Below, piece after piece: positions 10,701 through 18,678 of a stretch of 64,000 nucleotides of DNA (the stretch's first letter is position 1; each line of letters opens with the position of its first letter). Under the pieces are notes generated by a model, which was not told the origin of the DNA, did not search any database, and saw only the letters and a list, made by a program, of their open reading frames with translations. Position numbers and translations under genes: made by a program. This DNA is from an uncultured Bacteroidia bacterium. GTDB taxonomy: Bacteria; Bacteroidota; Bacteroidia; Bacteroidales; UBA932. Location: contig CACZZZ010000010.1 in the NCBI GenBank assembly GCA_902785825.1, positions 9,262 through 73,261 of the forward strand. The letters run 5' to 3'.

Positions 10701-11464
10701 GCGACTACGACAGCGCCAAAGCGTTCAGGAAAGCCGGAGCTGAAGTCCGTGTCAGCGTGTTCCGCAATTTGACCGACAAGGACGTCTTCGACTCCATCGA
10801 CGAAATGCGGAAGAACATTGATGAGTGCCAGATCCTGATGCTTTCCGGTGGATTCTCGGCCGGTGACGAGCCCGACGGAAGCGGTAAGTTCATCGCCAAC
10901 GTGCTGAACAACAAGATAATCGCCACCGCCATCGAGGGGCTCCTTTCCAGAGGAGGCCTTATTCTCGGAATATGCAATGGTTTCCAGGCCCTCGTGAAGT
11001 CTGGATTGCTGCCTTACGGAGAGCTGGGTAAAGTCACTAAAGACTCCCCCACCCTGTTCCGCAACGACATCAACCGTCACATCTCCCAGATGGTCACGAC
11101 AAGGGTCTCCACGACCAATTCCCCTTGGCTGAAGGGCATGTCAATTGGCGACGAATATACCATCCCCGTGAGTCACGGAGAGGGTAAGTTCGTTGTTAAT
11201 GAGGAACTTGCCAAGGAATTGTTCGCTAACGGGCAGGTGGCTTTCCAGTACGTGGATCCTCTCACCGACGAGCCCACCATGGAGTCTCCTTACAATCCAA
11301 ACGGTTCTTACTACGCCATCGAGGGAATTATCAGCCGCAATGGCCAGATTCTCGGTAAGATGGGTCACAGCGAGCGCTACGAGGACGGCCTGTTCAAGAA
11401 CATAGAGGCCGACCTTGAGCAGCCGCTATTCGACAATGCTGTTAAATATTTCAAAGCCAACTAA
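7709..11464 (+). CDS. purL: Phosphoribosylformylglycinamidine (FGAM) synthase, single-chain large form
   Basis: 1251 aa. Core motifs [25 protein letters not shown] and [14 protein letters not shown]-terminal glutaminase domain with GICNGFQAL and a HSE segment. Confidence 0.95.
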   Translation: MSDFRIFVEKYPEFQVEAQSLLSELNENLGLKLRSLRLINVYDLFGFTPELLEKSRYSVFGEIVTDQVMDEIDLNGAKYIAVEYLPGQFDQRAASAVDCVHLIDPSAKINIKSSKLIIVDNDATGEVLDKIRHYVINPVESREKDLGKLSDTEHAAVKEVPVLEGFRSMEGPDLKAYCKKMGLAMNEDDLAEVVRYFTTEGRDPNETELRILDTYWSDHCRHTTFTTELEDIAIEDSFIKEDIEGTLRLYLKMRSELGREGKGLNLMDMATIGAKYLRKAGKLDDMEVSEENNACSIFIDVDVDGETERWLLMFKNETHNHPTEIEPFGGAATCLGGAIRDPLSGRSYVYQAMRVTGAGDIYKPVSETIPGKLPQKVITRKAAQGYSSYGNQIGLATTHVREIFHEGYTAKRMEVGAVVGAVKAENVRRESPAPGDVVLMLGGRTGRDGIGGATGSSKEHTEESLETCGSEVQKGNPPEERKLERLFRRPEVTSLIKKSNDFGAGGVSVAIGELTAGLDIYLDRVPVKYSGMNSTELAISESQERMAVVIEAADEEKFKEYCHSENIEVTHVADVTDTERMRMFKKGELVVDLRRDFIDSAGAKHYSKAVVGQVDAADPFSRDIPGKNLKERMFANLQDPNVTSQKGLIEMFDSTIGRSTVLMPFGGELQTTETQVSVQKLPVDSFTNTASMMAFGFNPDICSWSPYHGAAYSFVEACSKIVAAGGDWKTMRFSCQEYFERMTSDPHTWGKPTAALLGALKMQEALGLPSIGGKDSMSGSFETEHGPIHVPPTLIAFGITPVKVSDVISPEFKWEGDRLYLVRHTPLSNKMPDTEQLKKNWDNILAKIKDGTIVAAWSVGFGGVAEALCKMSFGNAFGFDVKLSEDDLFNLAYGSIVIETDGEVDFENAELIGDVTSGEDGNVRVNGTSISIFELMDFNGSLFEKVYPAVSESSHKRLLPRGMEGVKPFKAKKMDLEYKGPAVDKVVAYLPVFPGTNCDYDSAKAFRKAGAEVRVSVFRNLTDKDVFDSIDEMRKNIDECQILMLSGGFSAGDEPDGSGKFIANVLNNKIIATAIEGLLSRGGLILGICNGFQALVKSGLLPYGELGKVTKDSPTLFRNDINRHISQMVTTRVSTTNSPWLKGMSIGDEYTIPVSHGEGKFVVNEELAKELFANGQVAFQYVDPLTDEPTMESPYNPNGSYYAIEGIISRNGQILGKMGHSERYEDGLFKNIEADLEQPLFDNAVKYFKAN

Positions 11465-11466
11465 TC

Positions 11467-11625
11467 ATGAAGAAGTACACTTGCGATGTTTGCGGGTACG
11501 AGTATGATCCCGCAGTCGGCGATCCGGACAACGGAATCGCCCCCGGAACAGCTTTTGAGGATCTTCCCGAGGATTGGGTCTGCCCCCTCTGCGGAGTCGG
11601 CAAAGACCAGTTCTCCGAGGCCTGA
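11467..11625 (+). CDS. Rubredoxin (52 aa; below the ORF-track length cutoff)
   Basis: Hand translation: [52 protein letters not shown]. Two CxxC pairs (CDVC, CPLC) and a typical rubredoxin core. ATG lies 2 nt after the purL stop. Confidence 0.85.
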   Translation: MKKYTCDVCGYEYDPAVGDPDNGIAPGTAFEDLPEDWVCPLCGVGKDQFSEA

Positions 11626-11662
11626 CAGGCTGAAAATGCCGAAGTACAAAGAGTATAACGTG

Positions 11663-13219
11663 ATGAGGAATCTGTTTCTTACAAATACACTGACAAAGAA
11701 CAAGGAACTGTTTGTTCCAGTACATGAGGGGCATGTGGGGATGTATGTCTGCGGACCGACCGTTTATGGCGACGCCCACCTTGGCCACGCCCGACCGGGT
11801 GTCACCTATGACGTGCTGTTTAAGCTTCTCCGCCATCTTGGCTATAAGGTCCGTTATGTCCGGAATATCACCGACGTGGGTCATCTTGAGCATGACGCGG
11901 ACGAAGGAGAGGACAAGATTTCAAAAAAGGCCAGGCTGGAGCAGCTGGAGCCCATGGAAGTCGTCCAGAACTACACGTTCCGCTACCATGAGGCCATGAG
12001 GCTTCTCAACGTCGCCCCGCCCTCCATCGAGCCTCGGGCTTCCGGGCATATTATCGAGCAGATTGAGACCATAAAGAAGATTCTTGAGGCCGGATATGCC
12101 TATATCTCAAATGGTTCCGTCTATTTCGACGTTCAGAAATATTCCGAAAAATACCACTATGGAATTCTTTCAGGGCGCAATTTAGACGACACGCTTGAGG
12201 GGACCAGGGCTCTTGACGGACAAAGCGACAAAAAGGCTCCGTACGATTTCGCCCTTTGGAAGAAGGCCGAGCCTGAGCACATTATGCATTGGCCGAGCCC
12301 CTGGAGCGAGGGATTCCCCGGATGGCACCTTGAGTGTTCAGTGATGGGTGAGAAATATCTCGGCGAGGAGTTCGACATCCACGGTGGCGGAATGGATCTT
12401 ATGTTCCCTCATCATGAGTGTGAGATCGCTCAGAATGTGGCCTGGAGAGGCACCAGAGGTGTTCGCTATTGGGTTCATAACAATATGATCACCATCAATG
12501 GCCAGAAGATGGGTAAGTCTCTCGGGAACTTCATAACCCTTCCTGAGCTGTTCTCGGGTAACCACCCGAAGCTCGAGAAGGCTTATTCCCCGATGACGGT
12601 CCGGTTCTTTATCCTCCAGGCTCACTACCGTGGCACTCTCGACTTCAGCAACGAAGCCCTGCAAGCTTCCGAAAAGGCCCTCAAAAGGGTCCTGCAAGCC
12701 TATAAGGACCTGGTCGCCTTGGCCAAGGCACACGGTGTCATCCTTAGCGAAGCGAAGGATCTCCCCTACGGAGAGCTGTACTCCTTCATCGCTCCTGACT
12801 CCTGTCCTGCCGACTCTCCGGAAATCAAAGCCATATTCGACGGAGTTTATGATGCCCTTTGCGACGATCTCAACACCCCGATCGCTCTTTCGCACATCTT
12901 TGAGGCGGTGAGAATCATCAATACAGCGAAGGCGGGTCCTTCAGGGGCCGGGAATCTGTCAGAAGGTGACATCAAGACCTTGCTCCAGATATTCGACGAC
13001 ATCGTGTTCGGCGTCCTCGGCTTGAAAGACGAGAGTGCCGGTGACGGCGGCAAAAGTCAGGAAGTCATTTCGGGACTGATGAATATGGTCCTTGAGGAGC
13101 GGGCCAAAGCCAAGGCAGCAAAAGACTGGGCTCAAAGCGACTCTATCCGGGATCATCTCAAAGCCCTCGGCATCACCGTCAAAGACACCAAGGACGGCGC
13201 CGAATGGACGCTTGAATAA
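11663..13219 (+). CDS. cysS: Cysteine--tRNA ligase
   Basis: Start trimmed to the ATG at 11663 ([19 protein letters not shown]...). HIGH-type motif [15 protein letters not shown] and KMSKS-type KMGKSLGN. The track ORF from 11486 reads through the rubredoxin gene in another frame. 11636 is an alternative start. Confidence 0.9.
   Translation: MRNLFLTNTLTKNKELFVPVHEGHVGMYVCGPTVYGDAHLGHARPGVTYDVLFKLLRHLGYKVRYVRNITDVGHLEHDADEGEDKISKKARLEQLEPMEVVQNYTFRYHEAMRLLNVAPPSIEPRASGHIIEQIETIKKILEAGYAYISNGSVYFDVQKYSEKYHYGILSGRNLDDTLEGTRALDGQSDKKAPYDFALWKKAEPEHIMHWPSPWSEGFPGWHLECSVMGEKYLGEEFDIHGGGMDLMFPHHECEIAQNVAWRGTRGVRYWVHNNMITINGQKMGKSLGNFITLPELFSGNHPKLEKAYSPMTVRFFILQAHYRGTLDFSNEALQASEKALKRVLQAYKDLVALAKAHGVILSEAKDLPYGELYSFIAPDSCPADSPEIKAIFDGVYDALCDDLNTPIALSHIFEAVRIINTAKAGPSGAGNLSEGDIKTLLQIFDDIVFGVLGLKDESAGDGGKSQEVISGLMNMVLEERAKAKAAKDWAQSDSIRDHLKALGITVKDTKDGAEWTLE
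12735..12764 (+). repeat. GNA-triloop hairpin repeat element inside cysS, translated as [10 protein letters not shown]
   Basis: GTGTCATCCTTAGCGAAGCGAAGGATCTCC. Hairpin 12740-12760 = ATCCTTAGC-GAA-GCGAAGGAT (9-position stem, one A-G mismatch, GAA loop). About 25/31 nt identical to the element at 15926-15955. Confidence 0.65.
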
Positions 13220-13224
13220 GCTTC

Positions 13225-16224
13225 CTATTTCACAATGACAATATTAGGTACGACCCGGGCTCCCTCGTGGTCGTACTTTTTATTATCATAGGGATAATTG
13301 ATTATACCTGTCTTGTCTGTCCAGAGAGTCGAGGATCCGCCACCATCGAGGTTGATGGCGTCTTTAAGCCCAAGGATACGGCAAAGAGTAGCGAGCTCAG
13401 GAATAGTCATTCCATCGGCATTACCGGGGAATCTTCCATCCACGACCGCCATGTAAACCATGCCGTCACCATCCCAGCCCATGAAGGTCCTGGGATGACG
13501 CATCGTAAAGAAAGAAGCGTCAGGGAAAGCGGGGACCTTGCCTTCTTTTATGAGAATAGGCCCGGAAGCAAGGCACTGCTTGTAGTCAAGCCTGTAATGC
13601 TCAGTCATGGTACTGTCATAAGGGAATATCTCGAGTTGATGTCCACCCTCGTCTTTAACTGCCAGGACTCCGTTGGAGCGCTGCAGTTCTGAGGGAGGAG
13701 TCTGTCCAAGCACTTCCCCATCGATACAGAAAAAAGTGTGTGGAATCAGTCGCCTCATATTGAAATAACTGCCGTTCAATCCTATACGAGCCCCCTCACG
13801 CATCGCGAGAGTGTCAGTTGTCGAAGAACTCTCACCCGGGGCATGGACAAAAGATGTGGACATCTTTGATGCGGGGTACCTGACCAAGCTGATGCTCTGG
13901 GTTGTGCCATGGAATGGGAATTGGGCATGAGTTGTCTGGGCTCCATCCCCGATGTCGTTCCACTGCCACCCGGCGGCATTCCATTCCTCTAAATCAGAAG
14001 GGCAAACAGCTCCCCATTCCTTGTTGGGCAAGCTCCCCATCTCAAGAATCAACGTGCCGCCAGCCAGGATCTGGTCATGAGTGATCCAGGGGCCATTAAG
14101 CGGTTCGCCGTTCAATGTGGCGCTCTGGATGTATTTATTATCATCTGAGGCTTCCTTCGCCACAATCTTGAAGACATTGCCATTTGACAAAGTCAAGCTT
14201 GACTCAGTGAACACCGGGCTGCCGATGGTATAGACCGGTTCACCGGGAGTGACAGGATAGAACCCCAAGGAAGAGAAGACAACGAAAGATGTAAGTCCAC
14301 CGCCATCCTCATCGCCCGGAATTCCCATAAGATCGTCCCTGAACCACGTGTCGAGCATCTGCCGGACCCGCTTCTGCGTCTTCCAAGGAGCTCCAGCGTA
14401 ATTGTAGAGATATGGGATATGGAGTGACGGCTCATTTGCCATCGAGAACTGGCCGATATTGCCGGTGTGATCAGGCATCTTGCTGTAGAAAACGTTCTTT
14501 GAGTGGCTCAAAGGGGTCGCGAACATCCTATCCAGTTCCTCACTGAAACGCACCGGGCCTCCCATTAAAGCCACCAAGTCAGGAATATTGTGCTGCACGT
14601 CCCAGCGATACACCCAGCCTGTGTTCTCATCGTAAGAATCCCTCATGCCGGGACCACCCTGGAACTCATAATCAAAGTTCGGAATAAACTGTCCGTCAGC
14701 GTCTTTCGGATGGAAGAACAAGGTCTCAGGATTGAAAAGCTTGCGGTAATTCAATGACCAATCCTTGTAGAATTCCGCGGCTTCCTTCTCCCCCGCCGCC
14801 TCGGCAAGTTTTGAAAGCGCCCAACTGTCGTATGCCGTTCCAAGACTAACCGCCACAGGCTGACGCTTCTCCCAACCGTTGACATTCGGGTCGGTCTCAC
14901 TCTCCCCTTCCCGGAGCGCCGGCATATAACCATGTTCCCAATAGAACCTGTCCAGTTCCCCCGCAGGATTGCCGCACCAAGGGACTAACGTCTTCTCCCT
15001 TAGCGCCTTCCGTCCGGCCTCGTATGCTGCCTTGACATCCACTTTCAACCCTTTGGAACATGCGTCGGCGAAAGTCGGAATCCCGTGGTTGCTGTTCATC
15101 CTGCGGGAATCTCCGCTGACCTCAGGGAACGTCGGCATCCAGCCGGTTCCCATCTGATCCGCCATCCTCAGAAAAGAAGCCAGGATATTCTCCTCAACCG
15201 GTACATCCATAAGAGTCCTCAGCGGATGGGCTGCCCTGTAAGTGTCCCAGATCCAGTCATCAGTGTAGAACGGCACTCCCCCATCCTCATGGACAGAGTT
15301 GTCGAAAGCGCTCCAATAGCGACCGTCCTCGCTCATGAGAATCGGTCTTTCAAAGGTACGGTAATATGAAGTGTAGAATACTTTCTTCCTCTTTTCGGGT
15401 CCCTTCACGGCTATCCTCCCAAGGGTCTGATTCCAGATCTTTCGTCCCTCAGCGGCAAGCGCATCCACGTCATAATCAGTGATCTCCCCGCGGAGATTCG
15501 CCTGGGCCTGCTCTTCGCTGATGAAAGAGACCCCGTAACGGAGACTCACGGATGGCTTGTCAAAGACAAGCGACACCCAGCTGTTTTCATCTTTGACAAA
15601 GGATTCCGCCAGCACAGGCTTGTTCTCCGGCTCCATATAGACATAGACCTTTGTCTCCCCCTCTACCGTCTGCCAGCCGGAAAGGGCCGTTCCGTCCCAA
15701 TCAACGGAACCATCTGAGGTTGAAAGGGTTATCTGTAAGGGAGAGTCTCCTTTAAGGGAATAAATTGCCGAATGGTGGGAAAGCGCGTACCTCGCCTTGA
15801 CGGCCCCGTCGGACAGGGTCACCTCGAATGAATATGGAGTGATCCGCTCGTTGTCATAAGAGACCGGGACAACCGGACTGTCATTCCGGTCAGCTTCCCG
15901 GCTGTCATTCTGAGCGGACTCCCGGCTGTCATTCTGAGCGGAGCGAAGAATCTCCGTCGTGACCGACAATTTGAACGCCGAGCGCTCACGGTGGTTAGTC
16001 ACTATCACAGGAAGGCCGTTAAGGTACTCCGAAGTGTAGTCCGAGCGCTCAGGATAGACCCTCAGCATAGAATTCGGCAACTGCACGGTCGGAAATGTCG
16101 GCACAAGCAAATGGCTGATATTGCCGGCGTAGGGATTGACATAATCGACAGGTTCCAGCTTTGGATCGCCACAAGCGAAAACAAAAAGGGCTGCCAGCAA
16201 TGCGGGAAAAACATGTTTTCTCAT
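13225..16224 (-). CDS. GH92 alpha-mannosidase fused to a C-terminal phosphodiester glycosidase (NAGPA/DUF2233-like) domain; lipoprotein
   Basis: Start trimmed to MRKHVFPALLAALFVFAC (lipobox). GH92 motifs: WIWDTYRAAHPL, NEPSLHIPYLYNYAGAPWKTQ, GDEDGGGLTSFVVFSSLGFYPVTPG. The last ~250 aa (13225-13985) show GLNGSYFNM ... NLDGGGSSTLW, typical of the phosphodiester glycosidase family. Confidence 0.75.
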   Translation of the reverse strand: MRKHVFPALLAALFVFACGDPKLEPVDYVNPYAGNISHLLVPTFPTVQLPNSMLRVYPERSDYTSEYLNGLPVIVTNHRERSAFKLSVTTEILRSAQNDSRESAQNDSREADRNDSPVVPVSYDNERITPYSFEVTLSDGAVKARYALSHHSAIYSLKGDSPLQITLSTSDGSVDWDGTALSGWQTVEGETKVYVYMEPENKPVLAESFVKDENSWVSLVFDKPSVSLRYGVSFISEEQAQANLRGEITDYDVDALAAEGRKIWNQTLGRIAVKGPEKRKKVFYTSYYRTFERPILMSEDGRYWSAFDNSVHEDGGVPFYTDDWIWDTYRAAHPLRTLMDVPVEENILASFLRMADQMGTGWMPTFPEVSGDSRRMNSNHGIPTFADACSKGLKVDVKAAYEAGRKALREKTLVPWCGNPAGELDRFYWEHGYMPALREGESETDPNVNGWEKRQPVAVSLGTAYDSWALSKLAEAAGEKEAAEFYKDWSLNYRKLFNPETLFFHPKDADGQFIPNFDYEFQGGPGMRDSYDENTGWVYRWDVQHNIPDLVALMGGPVRFSEELDRMFATPLSHSKNVFYSKMPDHTGNIGQFSMANEPSLHIPYLYNYAGAPWKTQKRVRQMLDTWFRDDLMGIPGDEDGGGLTSFVVFSSLGFYPVTPGEPVYTIGSPVFTESSLTLSNGNVFKIVAKEASDDNKYIQSATLNGEPLNGPWITHDQILAGGTLILEMGSLPNKEWGAVCPSDLEEWNAAGWQWNDIGDGAQTTHAQFPFHGTTQSISLVRYPASKMSTSFVHAPGESSSTTDTLAMREGARIGLNGSYFNMRRLIPHTFFCIDGEVLGQTPPSELQRSNGVLAVKDEGGHQLEIFPYDSTMTEHYRLDYKQCLASGPILIKEGKVPAFPDASFFTMRHPRTFMGWDGDGMVYMAVVDGRFPGNADGMTIPELATLCRILGLKDAINLDGGGSSTLWTDKTGIINYPYDNKKYDHEGARVVPNIVIVK
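15873..15955 (+). repeat. Three tandem 24-nt units ending in a GNA-triloop hairpin element, in frame inside the GH92 gene
   Basis: Units 15873-15896, 15897-15920 and 15921-15944. The last two match at 22/24; the first is degenerate (16/24). They encode SAQNDSRE-SAQNDSRE-ADRNDSPV on the minus strand. The terminal hairpin 15931-15951 is ATTCTGAGC-GGA-GCGAAGAAT. Confidence 0.8.
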
Positions 16225-16261
16225 CTTGAACGGGGATAAATGGTTCTCTTTGTAAAGATAC

Positions 16262-16302
16262 AAAAAAACAAGGAGAGACCGCGATTTGTCAGCCTCTCCT
16301 TG
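16262..16302 (-). terminator. Rho-independent terminator after the BACON/OB lipoprotein gene
   Basis: Perfect 9-bp stem CAAGGAGAG (16269-16277) / CTCTCCTTG (16294-16302). On the minus strand it is followed by TTTTTTTG (plus-strand A-run 16262-16268). Confidence 0.8.
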
Positions 16303-16321
16303 TATTCAGAACAGATAAAGC

Positions 16322-18661
16322 CTACTCGGTAGCTCCATTTAAGGAGTAAAGGCTGGCTTTCTTGCCGGAGGTCTCATAGATTTTGTTCTTGGCGTAGTAA
16401 GTGAGCTGCCCCTTAAGGACAACCTCATCACCAAGAGCAACCTGCTTGTCTCCCTCAGCCCAAGACTTCCCGCCGAAATACCAAAGGCTGTATGCCTCGA
16501 AATCCTGCTTGGGATCATTCTTGAACTCTCCATCATCGGAGATCCAGAAGATCGCTGTTCCGTACTCGACGGAATATTCAGACTGGATCTTGGAAACCTT
16601 ACCCTTGACAAAAACGTCAGGGAAGGTCGGAGTGGGCTGGTCAGCGGCCTTAGCCTCGGCTATCGCAGCCTGCATGGCGTCGACGAAAGCGACAGCTCCA
16701 GCGATATTGAACGGAGCCGCGGCGTTGCCGAGACCATTCTCATCAGTGATGGCTCCATTGACGCTGTAAAGCCATGCGCCCTTCTTGCTGTCAGTCTCGG
16801 CTACACCTTTGTAAAGGGTGGTCTTGCCGCAAACCACAACCTCATCACCAACCTGGACCTGGGCCTTGCCCTCAGTCCAAGCCTCGCCACCGAACCATTT
16901 CACACCATAGCACTCGAAATCGTGAGTATAATCCGTGGTAGTCTTCTTGTCCTCAGATCCATTGAAGGTGCCATCATCTGAGAGCCAGAAGGTTCCGGTT
17001 CCGTAAGAGGCGCTGAAGTCATAAAGGATAGCGGAGACTGTCCCCTTGATATAGACATCCTCATCGAAGGTTGTGCCTCCGGTAAGAAGTGTCGCTATCT
17101 CGGAAGCGGTGTAAGGGTTCGTGGCCGTTCCCTTAGGGTTATCGACATATTCATCGATCTTGGTGGCGACGATATTGATGTACTTGCCCTTGCCGGAGAG
17201 GCCGTTGAAGTAGCCGGTCACGGTGATCTTCTTACCGTTGAAACTCTTGGCGTTCAGAGCGTCGATAGGATAGACGATGCTTCCCTGCTTGGTGGCGGGA
17301 TCGATCCCGTCGAGCTCCATGTTGTAGTACTTGCCGTCGTCAGAGACCTTCAATGTACCGCTGAGTTTGATGTACTCGGCCACAGAGGCGGTGTACTCAG
17401 CCGCGTTGGCTGTGATGTCGGTAGCGGTCGGGTGCTCCACAGCATTGCCCTCGCTGTCGACAAAGACCTCGTCGTTCTCGCCAAGGGCGATCTCAGGAAC
17501 TCCATTGAAGGTCTTCTTGGTTCCGGGCACTTTCACGCCGTCTCCAACCTTGAGGGCCGCGGCCTGGGCGCCATAGGCGTAGATAGCGCTCTGCCCGTCG
17601 GAAAGGATGGCTCCGGCGGTTGTCAGGGCGACGACCACAGTTGAAGGCAGGGTCTGGACCTGGTCGTTGTCAGCGGCGGCGATGATCTCAGAGACGGAAG
17701 CGCCTGTGGAAGGAGCGCCGGCCTGGGTGATGCCGATGGTCTTGAGGGCTGTGGGGCCTTTGATCGTGACATTGGCTGTACGCTTGGCCGTGCGGGTATT
17801 CTCTGTGGCATGAACGCTGTAGCTGCCGTCCTTGTTAACATCCGTGATCTGGAGCCAGTCGGCGTCACTGCTGACAAGCAGAGGACTCTCCTTGGCTGTG
17901 ACGATCATATTGAAGGTGGTGTCAACGCAAGGCAACTCTGTGAAGCTGAAAGCCTCCACACTGATAAGGGACTTGACGTGAGAGACGACGATTGCGGTTT
18001 TCTCCTTGGTCTCGGGCGTCCCCTTGTAGTTCATCAGGGATCCTTCGATCGTGATCTCGTCACCGACGGAGAACTCGTCACCCTTGGTGATTGCGGCACC
18101 ATTGATCCAGAGACCGCGATAAACCTGAATCCAATTCTTCTCGCCAAACGACCCGTCATCGGACAGGTAGTAAGTGGCGTTGCCGTACTGGGCGCTGATC
18201 TCGTTGATCTTACAGACGATACCCTTGACACGGTAAGTTCCGCCAGCGACATCACCGTCGCCAAGAGGAGCTATTACCTCGAGAGCCTGCTTGACTGTCA
18301 TCGTGACGGGCTCTGCTTTCTGGGTAGTCTGAAGGAGATTTATATTCTGGGTCTTGCCACCACACTCGATAGTGGCGACAGCGTCACGGGTTTCTTCGGC
18401 CGCGGGGGCGGTGAAAGTGACGGTAACCTGTCCGGCACCACCGGTAGCAGGGCTAACGGTAACCCATTCAGGAAGGTTCGTGACAGACCATGAACCTGTG
18501 GCGTTGAGTTCTACGGGAACAGAACCGCCGCCAGCTGAAAAGGTAACATAAGAGGAAGAAACCTTGACCTCATCAAGGTAATGATCAGCCTCTTCCACGC
18601 AACCGGTAAAAAGAAGACCGAGAGCGGCAATCAGGGAAACAATGATATATTTCGTTTTCAT
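16322..18661 (-). CDS. Surface lipoprotein with BACON domains and several OB-fold-like repeats
   Basis: 779 aa. Lipoprotein signal LLFTGC. BACON-like segments: YVTFSAGGGSVPVELNATGSWSVTNLPEWVTVSP, and SSDADWLQITD...ANVTIKG. At least four repeats follow the pattern YxLSDDG...VY/Y...W..G...GDEV.V.G.L..YKG..E, resembling the OB fold at the N-terminus of ExeM/NucH-type extracellular nucleases. Confidence 0.65.
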   Translation of the reverse strand: MKTKYIIVSLIAALGLLFTGCVEEADHYLDEVKVSSSYVTFSAGGGSVPVELNATGSWSVTNLPEWVTVSPATGGAGQVTVTFTAPAAEETRDAVATIECGGKTQNINLLQTTQKAEPVTMTVKQALEVIAPLGDGDVAGGTYRVKGIVCKINEISAQYGNATYYLSDDGSFGEKNWIQVYRGLWINGAAITKGDEFSVGDEITIEGSLMNYKGTPETKEKTAIVVSHVKSLISVEAFSFTELPCVDTTFNMIVTAKESPLLVSSDADWLQITDVNKDGSYSVHATENTRTAKRTANVTIKGPTALKTIGITQAGAPSTGASVSEIIAAADNDQVQTLPSTVVVALTTAGAILSDGQSAIYAYGAQAAALKVGDGVKVPGTKKTFNGVPEIALGENDEVFVDSEGNAVEHPTATDITANAAEYTASVAEYIKLSGTLKVSDDGKYYNMELDGIDPATKQGSIVYPIDALNAKSFNGKKITVTGYFNGLSGKGKYINIVATKIDEYVDNPKGTATNPYTASEIATLLTGGTTFDEDVYIKGTVSAILYDFSASYGTGTFWLSDDGTFNGSEDKKTTTDYTHDFECYGVKWFGGEAWTEGKAQVQVGDEVVVCGKTTLYKGVAETDSKKGAWLYSVNGAITDENGLGNAAAPFNIAGAVAFVDAMQAAIAEAKAADQPTPTFPDVFVKGKVSKIQSEYSVEYGTAIFWISDDGEFKNDPKQDFEAYSLWYFGGKSWAEGDKQVALGDEVVLKGQLTYYAKNKIYETSGKKASLYSLNGATE

Positions 18662-18678
18662 AAGATTCTCCCTATTAA

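Noticed and set aside
11486-11662. N-terminal 59 residues of the 577-aa track ORF, read as part of CysS.
   Set aside because: This stretch overlaps the rubredoxin gene in a different frame and has no CysS-like sequence. CysS homology starts at the ATG at 11663.
13217-13227. Convergent cysS and GH92 stop codons only about 5 nt apart with no terminator hairpin between them.
   Set aside because: This is real in the sequence but probably just tight packing. There is no evidence of a functional antisense arrangement without transcript data.
15873-15955. Tandem 24-nt repeats considered as a possible mini-CRISPR array.
   Set aside because: The units are directly adjacent with no spacers. They lie in frame inside a GH92 gene, and no cas genes are in the window.
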